From assembly GCF_056712565.1 (NCBI RefSeq), contig NZ_CM160072.1: a stretch of DNA of 64,000 bases; one strand, written 5' to 3'. The notes beneath the pieces are model-generated. The model saw nothing but the letters and a program-made list of their open reading frames with translations, was not told the origin of the DNA and ran no database searches. Every line of letters starts with the position of its first letter. The first letter of the stretch is position 1. Below are positions 21,835 through 31,677 of this stretch, one piece after another. Position numbers and translations under genes: made by a program.

Positions 21835-22218
21835 ATGAAGCTGACCATCATTCGATTAGAAAACTTTAGCGACCAGGACCGGATTGACCTGCAAAAGATC
21901 TGGCCGGAGTATTCCCCTTCCTCTTTACAGGTTGACGATAACCACCGTATCTACGCCGCGCGTTTTAACGAGCGCCTTCTCGCGGCCGTGCGGGTAACCT
22001 TAAGCGGCACCGAGGGGGCACTGGATTCCCTGCGTGTGAGGGAAGTCACCCGCCGTCGCGGTGTGGGGCAATATCTGCTGGAAGAGGTTTTGCGTAACAA
22101 TCCTGGCGTTTCATGTTGGTGGATGGCGGATGCTGGCGTGGAAGATCGCGGCGTGATGACGGCGTTTATGCGAGCACTGGGATTTACGGCACAACAGGGT
22201 GGCTGGGAGAAGCGTTAA
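21835..22218 (+). CDS. panM: PanD maturation factor, GNAT-like
   Basis: 127 aa; translation matches PanM/YhhK; sits between livK and livJ. Confidence 0.85.
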   Translation: MKLTIIRLENFSDQDRIDLQKIWPEYSPSSLQVDDNHRIYAARFNERLLAAVRVTLSGTEGALDSLRVREVTRRRGVGQYLLEEVLRNNPGVSCWWMADAGVEDRGVMTAFMRALGFTAQQGGWEKR

Positions 22219-22246
22219 TCGTCAAGTTTGATTTCACAAGTGATAT

Positions 22247-22348
<102 letters not shown>

Positions 22349-22405
22349 GAAGCAACGTACTCGATATTAGCAATTTGGCGGCAACCCAAAGTTGCCGATT
22401 AATGA

Positions 22406-23509
22406 TTACTTCGCATCAGTCGCCGTGCCGTTGGCGTGCCAGTCAAACACACCGAACTCAAAGCCTTTCAGATCGCCTTTCTCATCCCAGGTCAGCGGCC
22501 CCATCACCGTATCAACCGAGTTCGCTTTCAGGTATTTAGCGATCTCCGCCGGATCGTCAGACTGATTCAGGCCCGCTTGCAAAGATTGCAGCGCGGCGTA
22601 GGTGGTCCAGACGAACGCGCCGCTTGGGTCCTGTTTTTTCGCTTTGATCGCGTCAACAATCGGTTTGTTCGCCGGAACCTGATCGTAGTTCTTCGGCTTG
22701 GTCACCAGCAGCCCTTCCGCTGATTCGCCCGCAATGTTAGACAGCGAGACGTTAGCCACGCCTTCTGGCCCCATAAACTGAGTTTTCAGCCCTGCCGCGC
22801 GTGCCTGACGCAGGATTTGCCCCATTTCCGGGTGATAACCGCCGTAGTAAACGAAATCGATATTCTCTTTCTTCAAACGCGCCACCAGGGTAGAGAAATC
22901 TTTTTCCCCGGCGGTGATGCCATCAAAGAACACCACGTTAGCATTGCCTTTCTTCAGGCCGTCCTGCACTGCACGCGCCAGACCTTCGCCGTACTGCTGT
23001 TTGTCGTGAACGATAGCAATGCGTTGCGGTTTCACTTTCTCAAGTATATATTTCGCCGCCGTCGGCCCCTGGTCTGAGTCCAGGCCGGTGGTGCGCAGGA
23101 TCAGCTGATAGCCACGGGCGGTCAGCTCTGGTGCGGTTGCCGCTGGGGTGATCATTAAAATGCCTTCGTCTTCGTAGATGTCAGACGCTGGCTGCGTTGA
23201 TGAAGAGCAGAGGTGACCAATCACGTATTTAATGCCGTCGTTAACGACTTTGTTCGCCACCGCAACCGCCTGTTTCGGGTCACAGGCATCGTCATATTTT
23301 ACGATTTGCAGTTTGTTGCCTTTGATACCACCTTTAGCATTGATATCCGCAACCGCCTGCTCTGCGCCAGTAAACTCCTGGTCACCGTACTGCGCCACCG
23401 GACCGGACATTGCGCCTACGACGGCGACTTTAATATCTTCTGCCAGAGCCATATTGCTGAATGCCAGCGCGATACATCCTGCCAGTAACGCTTTACCCTT
23501 TATGTTCAT
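22406..23509 (-). CDS. livJ: Leu/Ile/Val periplasmic binding protein
   Basis: Native start [11 protein letters not shown] gives 367 aa with signal peptide; matches LivJ. Confidence 0.9.
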   Translation of the reverse strand: MNIKGKALLAGCIALAFSNMALAEDIKVAVVGAMSGPVAQYGDQEFTGAEQAVADINAKGGIKGNKLQIVKYDDACDPKQAVAVANKVVNDGIKYVIGHLCSSSTQPASDIYEDEGILMITPAATAPELTARGYQLILRTTGLDSDQGPTAAKYILEKVKPQRIAIVHDKQQYGEGLARAVQDGLKKGNANVVFFDGITAGEKDFSTLVARLKKENIDFVYYGGYHPEMGQILRQARAAGLKTQFMGPEGVANVSLSNIAGESAEGLLVTKPKNYDQVPANKPIVDAIKAKKQDPSGAFVWTTYAALQSLQAGLNQSDDPAEIAKYLKANSVDTVMGPLTWDEKGDLKGFEFGVFDWHANGTATDAK

Positions 23510-24443
23510 CCTGAGAATCCCCACTCTTCTGGTTATTACGTGTGTTGTGATGTTGTTGTGCAGCACTTTATTTCGTTTTATACGTAGCTACCCGTGCTTT
23601 AGCAGCATACTCTGCTAAAACATACCCCATTTTTATGATATTGGAATAGCTATTTTGACAGTTTATTAACAATCTGCGGGACAGTTGGCTTTTTCTACAA
23701 GAAGAAATTCACCTAAACAAGCGTTGGGGTAAAAATAGCCTGGTACATCAAATGATGATGCCATCACGCATACCTCAAACCTGAGCACGATAAAGCTTAC
23801 CGAGCAAAATACATCACAATTCCCGTAATCAAATAAACAAAGTAATGGCAATAAACATTGCTGATAACTAGCCTGTACTCAGTTTTGGAATGGACCTCCC
23901 TTGAGCATTTTTCCTGATATGTTGTCTGGTTTCAAATATTCCTCATACCCCCCAAATGTTGCTCTATAGCATTTAATCTATTAGTAGAAACGGCTATAGC
24001 TCAATTGTGTTTTTCCAGATTGAGCATATCCCTTTTCCCATCCTGAAATTTAAAACAAGCATTAAATATATATAATTAGCATAAAGTCTATCTTCTTTAA
24101 GCGTAATACGTCCTCTTTTTATATATAATTCTTATAAATCATAAGTGTTGATTTATTTACTCGACGTATTTTTGGTTCACTGGAATATATTCATTAAATA
24201 AATATAAAAGTATTCAATTATCATTAATTATGATGAACAGCACATCATAAGCCCTGTTTTTTATTACAAACAATTTATTAGCAATTTTAGCTAATGCTAT
24301 CAACTGTGATCTTGCTAACATTATCGCCAAATAAAAACAATATAATCAAAGGCCAAAGGTTACCTTGCTGAAAGCTAAAAACATTCATGTGTTGAATATT
24401 ATTTATTATCTATCCTCTGTACATATTAAAAGGAATTTATCAT

Positions 24444-24845
24444 TTGAACCAGTTCAATATTATAATTCTGACACACGGTGAGGCAGGGAATGCTTTACTC
24501 GCCAGTAGCGAAATGATTGTAGGTAAAACACCGCATACTACAGCTATTTCTCTGATGCCGGGAATGTCACCTGAAGCACTTATGCAACAAGTAAAAACCA
24601 TACTCAATCCTGATGTAGAAACAATCATATTTACGGATATTTATGGCGGCACACCTTCAAATATCGCCTACCTTCTTTCACGAGAATTTCCCATTCGCTG
24701 CATCAGCGGTGTCAATCTGGCAATGTTAATTGAAGCCAACATGTTACAGGATTCTGACGAAGAACAGTCCTTTGATGAATATATTCAGCATATACATGAT
24801 GCTGGTAAAGAGATGATTCAAACTTATTGTTTTAATAAAGGATGA
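24444..24845 (+). CDS. PTS mannose/sorbose-family EIIA component (accessory)
   Basis: 133 aa; aligns with the ManX IIA domain (IIILTHGEAGNALL vs IVIGTHGWAAEQLL; TDIYGGTPSN vs VDTWGGSPFN; GVNLAMLIE). TTG start with an AAGGAA RBS. Confidence 0.8.
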   Translation: MNQFNIIILTHGEAGNALLASSEMIVGKTPHTTAISLMPGMSPEALMQQVKTILNPDVETIIFTDIYGGTPSNIAYLLSREFPIRCISGVNLAMLIEANMLQDSDEEQSFDEYIQHIHDAGKEMIQTYCFNKG

Positions 24846-24851
24846 TAAACT

Positions 24852-25337
24852 ATGAGTATAGTACATGCCCGTATTGATTACCGTTTAATTCATGGACAAG
24901 TCATAACAAAATGGCTAAAAAGGAGTGATGCAAATAAAATAATTGTTATTGATGATCCCTTGTCACGCGATCCTTTCCTGGCTGAAGTCTATAAGATGGC
25001 AGCGCCAAGTGGTGTTGAAGTCATAATGACCTCCATTGAAGATACGTTACAACGCTGGAACAGCAATAGTTTCTATGAAGGTAAATTACTAATTCTTTTC
25101 AAATCGATCGATTCTGCATTAAAAACTATACAAGGTGGTTTGATGTTAGAGGAATTACAAGTCGGTGGTGTTGAAAATACTCCGGGAAGAAAAATTGTCT
25201 TTAACCAAATATCACTCAACCACGAAGATGCCGACAAACTTCAAATCATCGAAGATAAGAATATCAAAGTTTATTTCCAAACTATTCCTGAAGAAGATCC
25301 TGCCAGCCTACAAAAAATCAAAAATAAGTTACCTTAA
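24852..25337 (+). CDS. PTS mannose/sorbose-family EIIB component
   Basis: 161 aa; conserved phospho-His motif ARIDYRLIHGQV as in ManX-IIB and LevE. Confidence 0.8.
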   Translation: MSIVHARIDYRLIHGQVITKWLKRSDANKIIVIDDPLSRDPFLAEVYKMAAPSGVEVIMTSIEDTLQRWNSNSFYEGKLLILFKSIDSALKTIQGGLMLEELQVGGVENTPGRKIVFNQISLNHEDADKLQIIEDKNIKVYFQTIPEEDPASLQKIKNKLP

Positions 25338-25353
25338 TTAAGGAGAGGAGCTT

Positions 25354-26100
25354 ATGTCTATTTTTACAGCAGCAATGATTGCCCTGGTATATTGGATATC
25401 CCAAGCAAAAGTATGGTACGGCTTTTCTATTATGCGTATGCCATTATCGATAGCACCTATTATGGGACTCATCTTTAATGATATGCCAACTGCTTTATCT
25501 GTTGGGGCCACCTTACAGATGATCTATATCGGGAGTATTGCCCCGGGAGGAAATCCTCCTGCAGATGAAGGTCTAGCCTCGTGTATAGCAATTCCAATTG
25601 CACTTACCGCAGGTATTAAACCAGAAATTGCTATCTCTTTGGCTATTCCACTGGGATTGCTCGGCGTTGTTCTGGAAAACGTACGTAAAACACTGAATAC
25701 CACATTTATCCACATGGCTGATCGCTACGCAGAAAAAGGTGATATAAAAGGCATCCAACGCGCAGCCACAATATATCCTCTCCTGTTAGCCTTTCCGATG
25801 CGTTTTGTACCGGTATTCATCGCCTGCCTGTATGGCCCGGATGCCATTGCCTCTTTTGTAAACCTGCTTCCCGCCTGGTCGACGAATGGCCTGGCAATTG
25901 CCGGTAATATTCTGCCTGCACTCGGTTTTGCGATAACCATAATTGTTATCGGTAAGAAACAATACATCCCTCTGTTCATTATTGGCTTTTTCCTCGTGAC
26001 CTATTCAGGCTTGAATACCATTGGCATCTCTATTTTTGGACTCTGTGCCGTCCTCTTATATATGCAGTCACAAAATACAAAAGGAACTAAAAATGGATAA
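25354..26100 (+). CDS. PTS mannose/sorbose-family EIIC membrane component
   Basis: 248-aa polytopic membrane ORF between IIB and IID; size and position typical of Man-family IIC. Confidence 0.75.
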   Translation: MSIFTAAMIALVYWISQAKVWYGFSIMRMPLSIAPIMGLIFNDMPTALSVGATLQMIYIGSIAPGGNPPADEGLASCIAIPIALTAGIKPEIAISLAIPLGLLGVVLENVRKTLNTTFIHMADRYAEKGDIKGIQRAATIYPLLLAFPMRFVPVFIACLYGPDAIASFVNLLPAWSTNGLAIAGNILPALGFAITIIVIGKKQYIPLFIIGFFLVTYSGLNTIGISIFGLCAVLLYMQSQNTKGTKNG

Positions 26101-26947
26101 TATAATTGAGTCAGGATACTCAGAATCCTCCCCTATTACGAAAAGAGACGTTCAGATTGTTTGGCTAAAATGGCACGCGTTCTCTGAAACATCATTGAAC
26201 TTTGAACGTTTACAAGCACTGGCATTTTGCAATGCAATGACAGGCGTATTGGCGAAGCTATACCCAGATGAAAAAGATCTCGCCAAAGCCTTACAGCGCC
26301 ATTTAACCATGTTCAACACACAGGCTAACTGGGGCTCGGTTATCGCTGGTATTAGTATTGCACTGGAGGAAAAAGCCGCCCAGGAATCAGAAGAACAACG
26401 TGAATCAACAACACAACTTGTTACGGGTTTAAAAACTGGTCTTATGGGGCCTGTATCGGGTATTGGTGACACGTTAGACTTTGGTACATTGCGTCCCATT
26501 GTTATTGGTGTCTGTATCCCGTTTGTTATTCAGGGATATGTTATTGCTGCACTTCTCCCCCTGATTTACCAGGTTAGTTATATGTTCTTCGCCAGTCGAT
26601 TTGCTCTTAATATCGGCTATAAAAAAGGGAAAGAGTCAATTCTGGAAATCTTGCATTCCGGGAGCATACATCGAATTATCGAAGGTGCTGGAATGTTCGG
26701 GCTGTTGATGATGGGGGCGCTTTCAGCAACGTATGTAAAAATTAAGACGCCATTGCATATTACAACCGGCGGTGGCAATACCATTGTCTTACAGGATATG
26801 CTAGATAAAATTGTCCCTAACATGTTGCCACTTATTGCCGTGTTGGGTATTTATTTTTACATACAAAAATGTGGCCCTCATTTCTTACGTATTCTGGTCA
26901 CTATTCTTGTTTTGAGTCTTGCATTTTCTTTCTTTGGCCTTTTATAA
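26093..26947 (+). CDS. PTS mannose/sorbose-family EIID membrane component
   Basis: ATG at 26093 with RBS AAGGAA, overlapping the IIC stop by 8 bp; 284 aa with hydrophilic N-terminus then TM segments. The ORF track start at 26021 is an extension. Confidence 0.75.
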   Translation: MDNIIESGYSESSPITKRDVQIVWLKWHAFSETSLNFERLQALAFCNAMTGVLAKLYPDEKDLAKALQRHLTMFNTQANWGSVIAGISIALEEKAAQESEEQRESTTQLVTGLKTGLMGPVSGIGDTLDFGTLRPIVIGVCIPFVIQGYVIAALLPLIYQVSYMFFASRFALNIGYKKGKESILEILHSGSIHRIIEGAGMFGLLMMGALSATYVKIKTPLHITTGGGNTIVLQDMLDKIVPNMLPLIAVLGIYFYIQKCGPHFLRILVTILVLSLAFSFFGLL

Positions 26948-26948
26948 A

Positions 26949-27869
26949 ATGAAAAAGATAATTATCACTCCCCGGCCTTTTGTGGGTAAAGGCAAGGTCT
27001 ATATTGATAAGTTAAAATCCGCAGGTTATCAAGTTGAATGTAATAACAGTGGAGGTCGATATAGCAAGGAAGAACTCATCGAGAAAATTAAAGACGCGAA
27101 TGCCATTATCACCGGAAACGATCCTCTGAGCAGAGAAGTTATTGATCAGGCAAAAAACCTGAAGGTTATTTCAAAATATGGCGTAGGGTTAGATAACATA
27201 GATGTCGATTACGCAAATAGTAAAGACATCGTGGTACATAAAGCTCTTAATGCTAACTCTATTTCTGTTGCAGAAATGACCATTCTGATGATGCTCTCCA
27301 GTTCCCGAAAATATGTTGAAATCGAGAGTCAGGCAAGAAATGGTAAGGACATCAGGCTTGTCGGGTATGAGCTATATCAAAAAAATCTGGGATTAATTGG
27401 ACTTGGTGCAATTGGTCAACATGTTGCTCATATTGCTCATTCTATGGGAATGACGATTACTGCTCATGATCCTCATATTGATAAAAGCAAGGTTCCATCC
27501 TATATAGAACTTAAATCACCTGATGAAATATATCAGTACAGCGATGTAATTTCTCTGCATTTACCTTTACTGGACAGTACTCGCAATATAATTAACGACT
27601 CTGTATTTGAGAAAATGAAATCTTCGGCTATTTTAATCAATACAGCCAGGGGTGGATTGGTCGATGAGAAAAGTTTATATACCGCACTTAGCAATCAGAA
27701 AATTGCTTTTGCCAGTGAAGATATTGAACTGAGAGAACGTTCAAAAGAACTCACCGAACTTAAAAATTATTCTATTACCCCTCATGCCGCTTCATTTACC
27801 GATGAGGCCGACCATAACACAATGCAAATTTCTATTAAAAACGTATTACAGGAACTGGAGAAAGAGTAA
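26949..27869 (+). CDS. D-isomer-specific 2-hydroxyacid dehydrogenase family, NAD-dependent
   Basis: 306 aa; Rossmann GLIGLGAIGQ and catalytic-region motifs (INTARGGLVDE, PHAA); start overlaps the IID stop region. Confidence 0.75.
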   Translation: MKKIIITPRPFVGKGKVYIDKLKSAGYQVECNNSGGRYSKEELIEKIKDANAIITGNDPLSREVIDQAKNLKVISKYGVGLDNIDVDYANSKDIVVHKALNANSISVAEMTILMMLSSSRKYVEIESQARNGKDIRLVGYELYQKNLGLIGLGAIGQHVAHIAHSMGMTITAHDPHIDKSKVPSYIELKSPDEIYQYSDVISLHLPLLDSTRNIINDSVFEKMKSSAILINTARGGLVDEKSLYTALSNQKIAFASEDIELRERSKELTELKNYSITPHAASFTDEADHNTMQISIKNVLQELEKE

Positions 27870-28753
27870 TGAAAGAGCTCAAAGGGATTATTACCGCAAT
27901 GGTAACGCCTTTCGATGAAACGGAAAAAATGGATATCACTGCGGCGAAAAAAATGGCGCGCTGGTTAGTAGATAATGGTGTTCATGGTTTATTCATTTGC
28001 GGAACTAATGGTGAATTCCATTTGCTTTCCGATGACGAAAAAGTTGAGTTAACAAAAGCCGTCGTTGAAGAGGTCGGTAATGAAGTTACCATTTGTGCAG
28101 GTGCTGGGTGCTGCAGCACAAAACAAACCATCGAATTGACTAAACGGTTAGTTGATGCGGGTGCCGATTATATTTCTGTTGTCACGCCGTACTATCTGGT
28201 ACCAAATCAGGAAGATTTATACCGTCACTATTACGATATTGCCTTTAGCACAACAGCCCCCATCATTCTCTATAACCTGCCGGGCCAGACAGGATTAAGC
28301 ATCGAATACGAAACGGCAAATCGTTTAGCCGATATCAAAAATATCGTAGCGATAAAAGACAGTAGCGGTAAATTCGAAGTCCAGAAACAGTATCTGGAAA
28401 TCGCTAAACATAAAAACTTTAAGGTATTAAACGGCTCTGACTCGTTAATGCTGGATGCATTTAAAGAAGGTTCTGTGGCTGCTGTCGCTGCAACGTCGAA
28501 TGTTCTGCCTACGATTGAAGTCGATTTATATAATTACTTCATGGCCGGTGAAATGGAGAAGGCGCAGGAAGAGCGTAATAAAATGGATGCACTGCGCATG
28601 ACGATCAAGAAAATGACCGCGCCTGCAGTAATGAAGGAAGCATTAAACCTGATGGGTGTGAAGGCAGGTATTACACGTAGACCAATTCATATGCCAAACG
28701 ACGCGATCGTTGAAGACATCAAGGAAATGTTGAAAGGCTATAATTTCCTGTAA
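27869..28753 (+). CDS. DapA/NanA-family class I aldolase or lyase (Schiff-base lysine)
   Basis: 294 aa; motifs GTNGEF, YNLPGQTG and AIKDSSG (Schiff-base Lys) as in dihydrodipicolinate synthase and N-acetylneuraminate lyase; TAATG overlap with the dehydrogenase. Confidence 0.75.
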   Translation: MKELKGIITAMVTPFDETEKMDITAAKKMARWLVDNGVHGLFICGTNGEFHLLSDDEKVELTKAVVEEVGNEVTICAGAGCCSTKQTIELTKRLVDAGADYISVVTPYYLVPNQEDLYRHYYDIAFSTTAPIILYNLPGQTGLSIEYETANRLADIKNIVAIKDSSGKFEVQKQYLEIAKHKNFKVLNGSDSLMLDAFKEGSVAAVAATSNVLPTIEVDLYNYFMAGEMEKAQEERNKMDALRMTIKKMTAPAVMKEALNLMGVKAGITRRPIHMPNDAIVEDIKEMLKGYNFL

Positions 28754-28796
28754 AGGACAAATGCCGGATGTATCTCTTGTCCTACAAGATAGCGTA

Positions 28797-28826
28797 AACA
28801 AAAACCCCCGGACTCAAATCCAGGGG
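28797..28826 (-). terminator. Rho-independent terminator of rpoH; also closes the convergent PTS island
   Basis: Minus-strand RNA cccctgga-loop-tccggggg followed by UUUUU, 30-60 nt after the rpoH stop. Confidence 0.6.
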
Positions 28827-28856
28827 TTATCTGTGGCAACTTAACGCGCTGCGCGA

Positions 28857-29711
28857 TTACGCTTCAATAGCAGCGCGAAGTTTTTTCATCGCGTTCTTTT
28901 CCAGCTGGCGCACACGCTCAGCGGAAACACCGTAACGGTCAGCCAGTTCCTGCAACGTGGACTTATTGTCTTCGTCCAGCCAGCGCGCGCGGATGATATC
29001 CTGGCTACGCTCGTCCAGACCTTGCATCGCGTCGGTCAGACGGTTTGCTGCCTGCTCTTCCCAGTTATCATCTTCAATGCCGTCGGCAAAGTTAGATGAT
29101 TTATCCTGCAGATAGAGCACCGGAGCCATCGGCTGGCTGTCGGAATCGTCGTCGGAAGACAGGTCAAAGGTCATGTCCTGTGCTGCCATACGTGATTCCA
29201 TCTCACGTACGTCTTTACTGGTTACGCCCAGTTCACGGGCCACCATTTCGACTTCATCCTGGTTAAACCAGCCCAGACGCTGCTTGGTTTTACGCAGGTT
29301 AAAGAACAGTTTGCGCTGCGCTTTGGTGGTCGCAACTTTGACGATACGCCAGTTACGCAGAACGTATTCGTGGATCTCTGCTTTGATCCAGTGGACGGCG
29401 AAGGAGACCAGGCGCACACCCACTTCCGGGTTAAAACGGCGCACTGCTTTCATCAGGCCGATGTTACCTTCCTGAATCAAATCCGCCTGTGGCAGGCCAT
29501 AGCCCGCATAATTACGAGCAATATGAACAACAAACCGCAGGTGAGACAGGATCAGCGTTTTAGCTGCTTCCAGATCGCCATGGTAATGCAGCTTTTCAGC
29601 CAGCGCCCGCTCCTCGTCAGCCGACAACATCGGCCACGCGTTAGCTGCCCGGATGTAGGAATCCAGGTTGCCAACTGGGGCTAAAGCTAAACTTTGCATT
29701 TTGTCAGTCAT
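28857..29711 (-). CDS. rpoH: RNA polymerase sigma-32 (heat-shock sigma factor)
   Basis: 284 aa; translation matches RpoH, including the RpoH box region. Confidence 0.95.
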   Translation of the reverse strand: MTDKMQSLALAPVGNLDSYIRAANAWPMLSADEERALAEKLHYHGDLEAAKTLILSHLRFVVHIARNYAGYGLPQADLIQEGNIGLMKAVRRFNPEVGVRLVSFAVHWIKAEIHEYVLRNWRIVKVATTKAQRKLFFNLRKTKQRLGWFNQDEVEMVARELGVTSKDVREMESRMAAQDMTFDLSSDDDSDSQPMAPVLYLQDKSSNFADGIEDDNWEEQAANRLTDAMQGLDERSQDIIRARWLDEDNKSTLQELADRYGVSAERVRQLEKNAMKKLRAAIEA

Positions 29712-29799
29712 TCAAATCCTCTCAATCGATATCTTCTGGCGCTTTAGTGGTAGCAACAACTGTGCCAGAGCTTAAGAGCAACGAGGTTATCATTCACTG

Positions 29800-29831
29800 T
29801 TTTATCAGACCGTGATTTTATCCACAAGTTC
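29800..29831 (-). promoter_or_regulatory. rpoH P3 sigma-E-dependent promoter (-35 GAACTT, -10 TCTGA)
   Basis: Minus strand reads gaacttgtggataaaatcacggtctgataaaacag, matching the rpoH P3 sigma-E promoter as I recall it. Confidence 0.5.
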
Positions 29832-29955
29832 AATGCAAGCTTGTGAATAAATTACGCACAAAATGTGACATAGAGATGAAATACCGGGAAGAGACAACGG
29901 GGTCTCTTTCCCTGCTACGGAACCCATTGCAGGGAAAGAGTATAACACGCTTTTA

Positions 29956-31014
29956 TTATTCCGGCGTAAAGTGGCGTAAATGTTGTACCGTGGCAAGCCA
30001 CGCTGCCACCCAACCAATCATCGAGCATACCAGCAGCAATAGCAGGCATTCATCGAACGATAAGCCATTGATATCAAACTTCGTTCCGAAAACCTGTGCC
30101 ACTTCTGCAACCGCCGATGACAAACGCAGTACCAGAATTTCTGACAAAATTAGTGACAACAATGCGCCAGAAAATCCCAGCAATGCGCCACCGTACAGGA
30201 ACGGACGCAGGATGAAACCATCCGTCGCACCAATCAGTTTCTGCACGTTAATGGAGTCACGGCGAGCAAAGATACTCAGGCGCACACTGTTACCGATGAC
30301 GAGGAACACTGCCGCCACCATCAACACGCCGATCATCGCGGAAACGCGCCCGACCAGCCCGGTTAACGCCGCCAGACGGGCAAACCAGCTGTCATCCATC
30401 CGCACTTCGTCAATGCCGTTGATCTGGGTGATACGATCACGCAGCGTATTCAGTGATTCCGTCCCCTGAAAATCGAGTTTCGGGATCACCACCGCCACTG
30501 CCGGAAGCGGGTTTTCTTCCAGCATATCCAGCGCACCACCAAAACCAGACCAGTTACGGAACTCGCCCAGTGCGTCTTCACGAGAAAGATAATTCACTTT
30601 CTCTACGCCTTGCTCGGCCTGTAACTGTGCCACCACACCCGCAGCGGCGTCATCATCCAGCGTTTTTTGCAGATAAACAGTGATTTGCGGTGACGGATAA
30701 TACTGCGTCGCCGCCTGGTTAACGTTTTTGTACACCATATAACAGACGCTGGGCAGCGTCAGGGAGATGGCGATAACCATCACCGTTAAAAACGTGGCGA
30801 ACGGTTTGCTTTTCAGATCCTGCAATGCGCCGTGGAAGGCATAGCGCACCTGTTCGTTGAAAACGTTGGTTTTGCGATTTACCGGTTTTGGCGAGGATTT
30901 CGCCCGTTTTGGCGCGTTACGACCGCCGTCGCCAGAGCCGCCGACCGATTTACGGAAGCGATCCAGACGCCCGCCAAACTGCCGAATATGATTGATTGCA
31001 TCGCGCTTATTCAT
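29956..31014 (-). CDS. ftsX: Cell-division ABC-transporter-like permease
   Basis: Native start [15 protein letters not shown] gives 352 aa. The ORF track start at 31041 is an extension. Confidence 0.9.
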
Positions 31015-31675
31015 GGCCCACGCCTCCATGCAAGTGACCATCGCTCAGGGTGAGCATGCGATAGGAACGCCGCGAGATCAGGTTGATGTCGTGCGTTGCC
31101 ATCAATACGGTTACCCCAACGCGGTTAAACTCTTCAAACAGACGTAAAATGCCTTCCGACAACGCGTCGTCCAGGTTACCGGTCGGTTCATCCGCCAGCA
31201 GTACCGCGGGCTTGTTCACCACCGCGCGGGCAATGCCAACACGCTGTTGTTCACCGCCGGAAAGCTGAATAGGGAAGTTCTTCGCTTTGTCCAGTAGCCC
31301 GACTTTATCCAGCGCCGCCGACACCCGGCGACGAATGTCATCACCGCTGGCACCGGCGATAATCAGCGGGATCGCCACGTTATCATAGACAGTACGGTCC
31401 ATCAGTAGATGGTGATCCTGGAAAATCATGCCAATCTGGCGGCGCAGAAACGGAACTTCACGGTTTTTCAGACGCGTGATGTCATGGCCGCTAAACCAGA
31501 TTTTCCCGGCGCTGGGCCGCTCAATCCCACAGATCAGCTTCAGGAGGGTACTTTTCCCTGCGCCGGAATGACCGGTCAGAAACGCCATCTCACCCGGCTG
31601 CATATGGAACGTAACGCCCTGCAGCGCCTGTCTCCCACCGAGATAAGCCTTGCTGACATGTTCAAAGCGAATCAT
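31007..31675 (-). CDS. ftsE: Cell-division ATP-binding protein
   Basis: 222 aa; Walker [10 protein letters not shown] and signature LSGGEQQR; matches FtsE. Confidence 0.95.
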
Positions 31676-31677
31676 TG

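Noticed and set aside
23845-23861. Possible sigma-54 promoter tggcaataaacattgct upstream of the Man-type PTS operon
   Set aside because: The GG and GC elements are separated by 11 nt instead of the canonical 10, and the site is about 580 bp upstream of the first gene; not convincing without a proper scan.
28754-28790. Hairpin aggacaa...ttgtcct after the DapA-like gene as a terminator
   Set aside because: 16-nt loop, 7-bp stem and no U-tract on the plus strand; the stronger rpoH terminator hairpin at 28797-28826 more plausibly ends both convergent transcripts.
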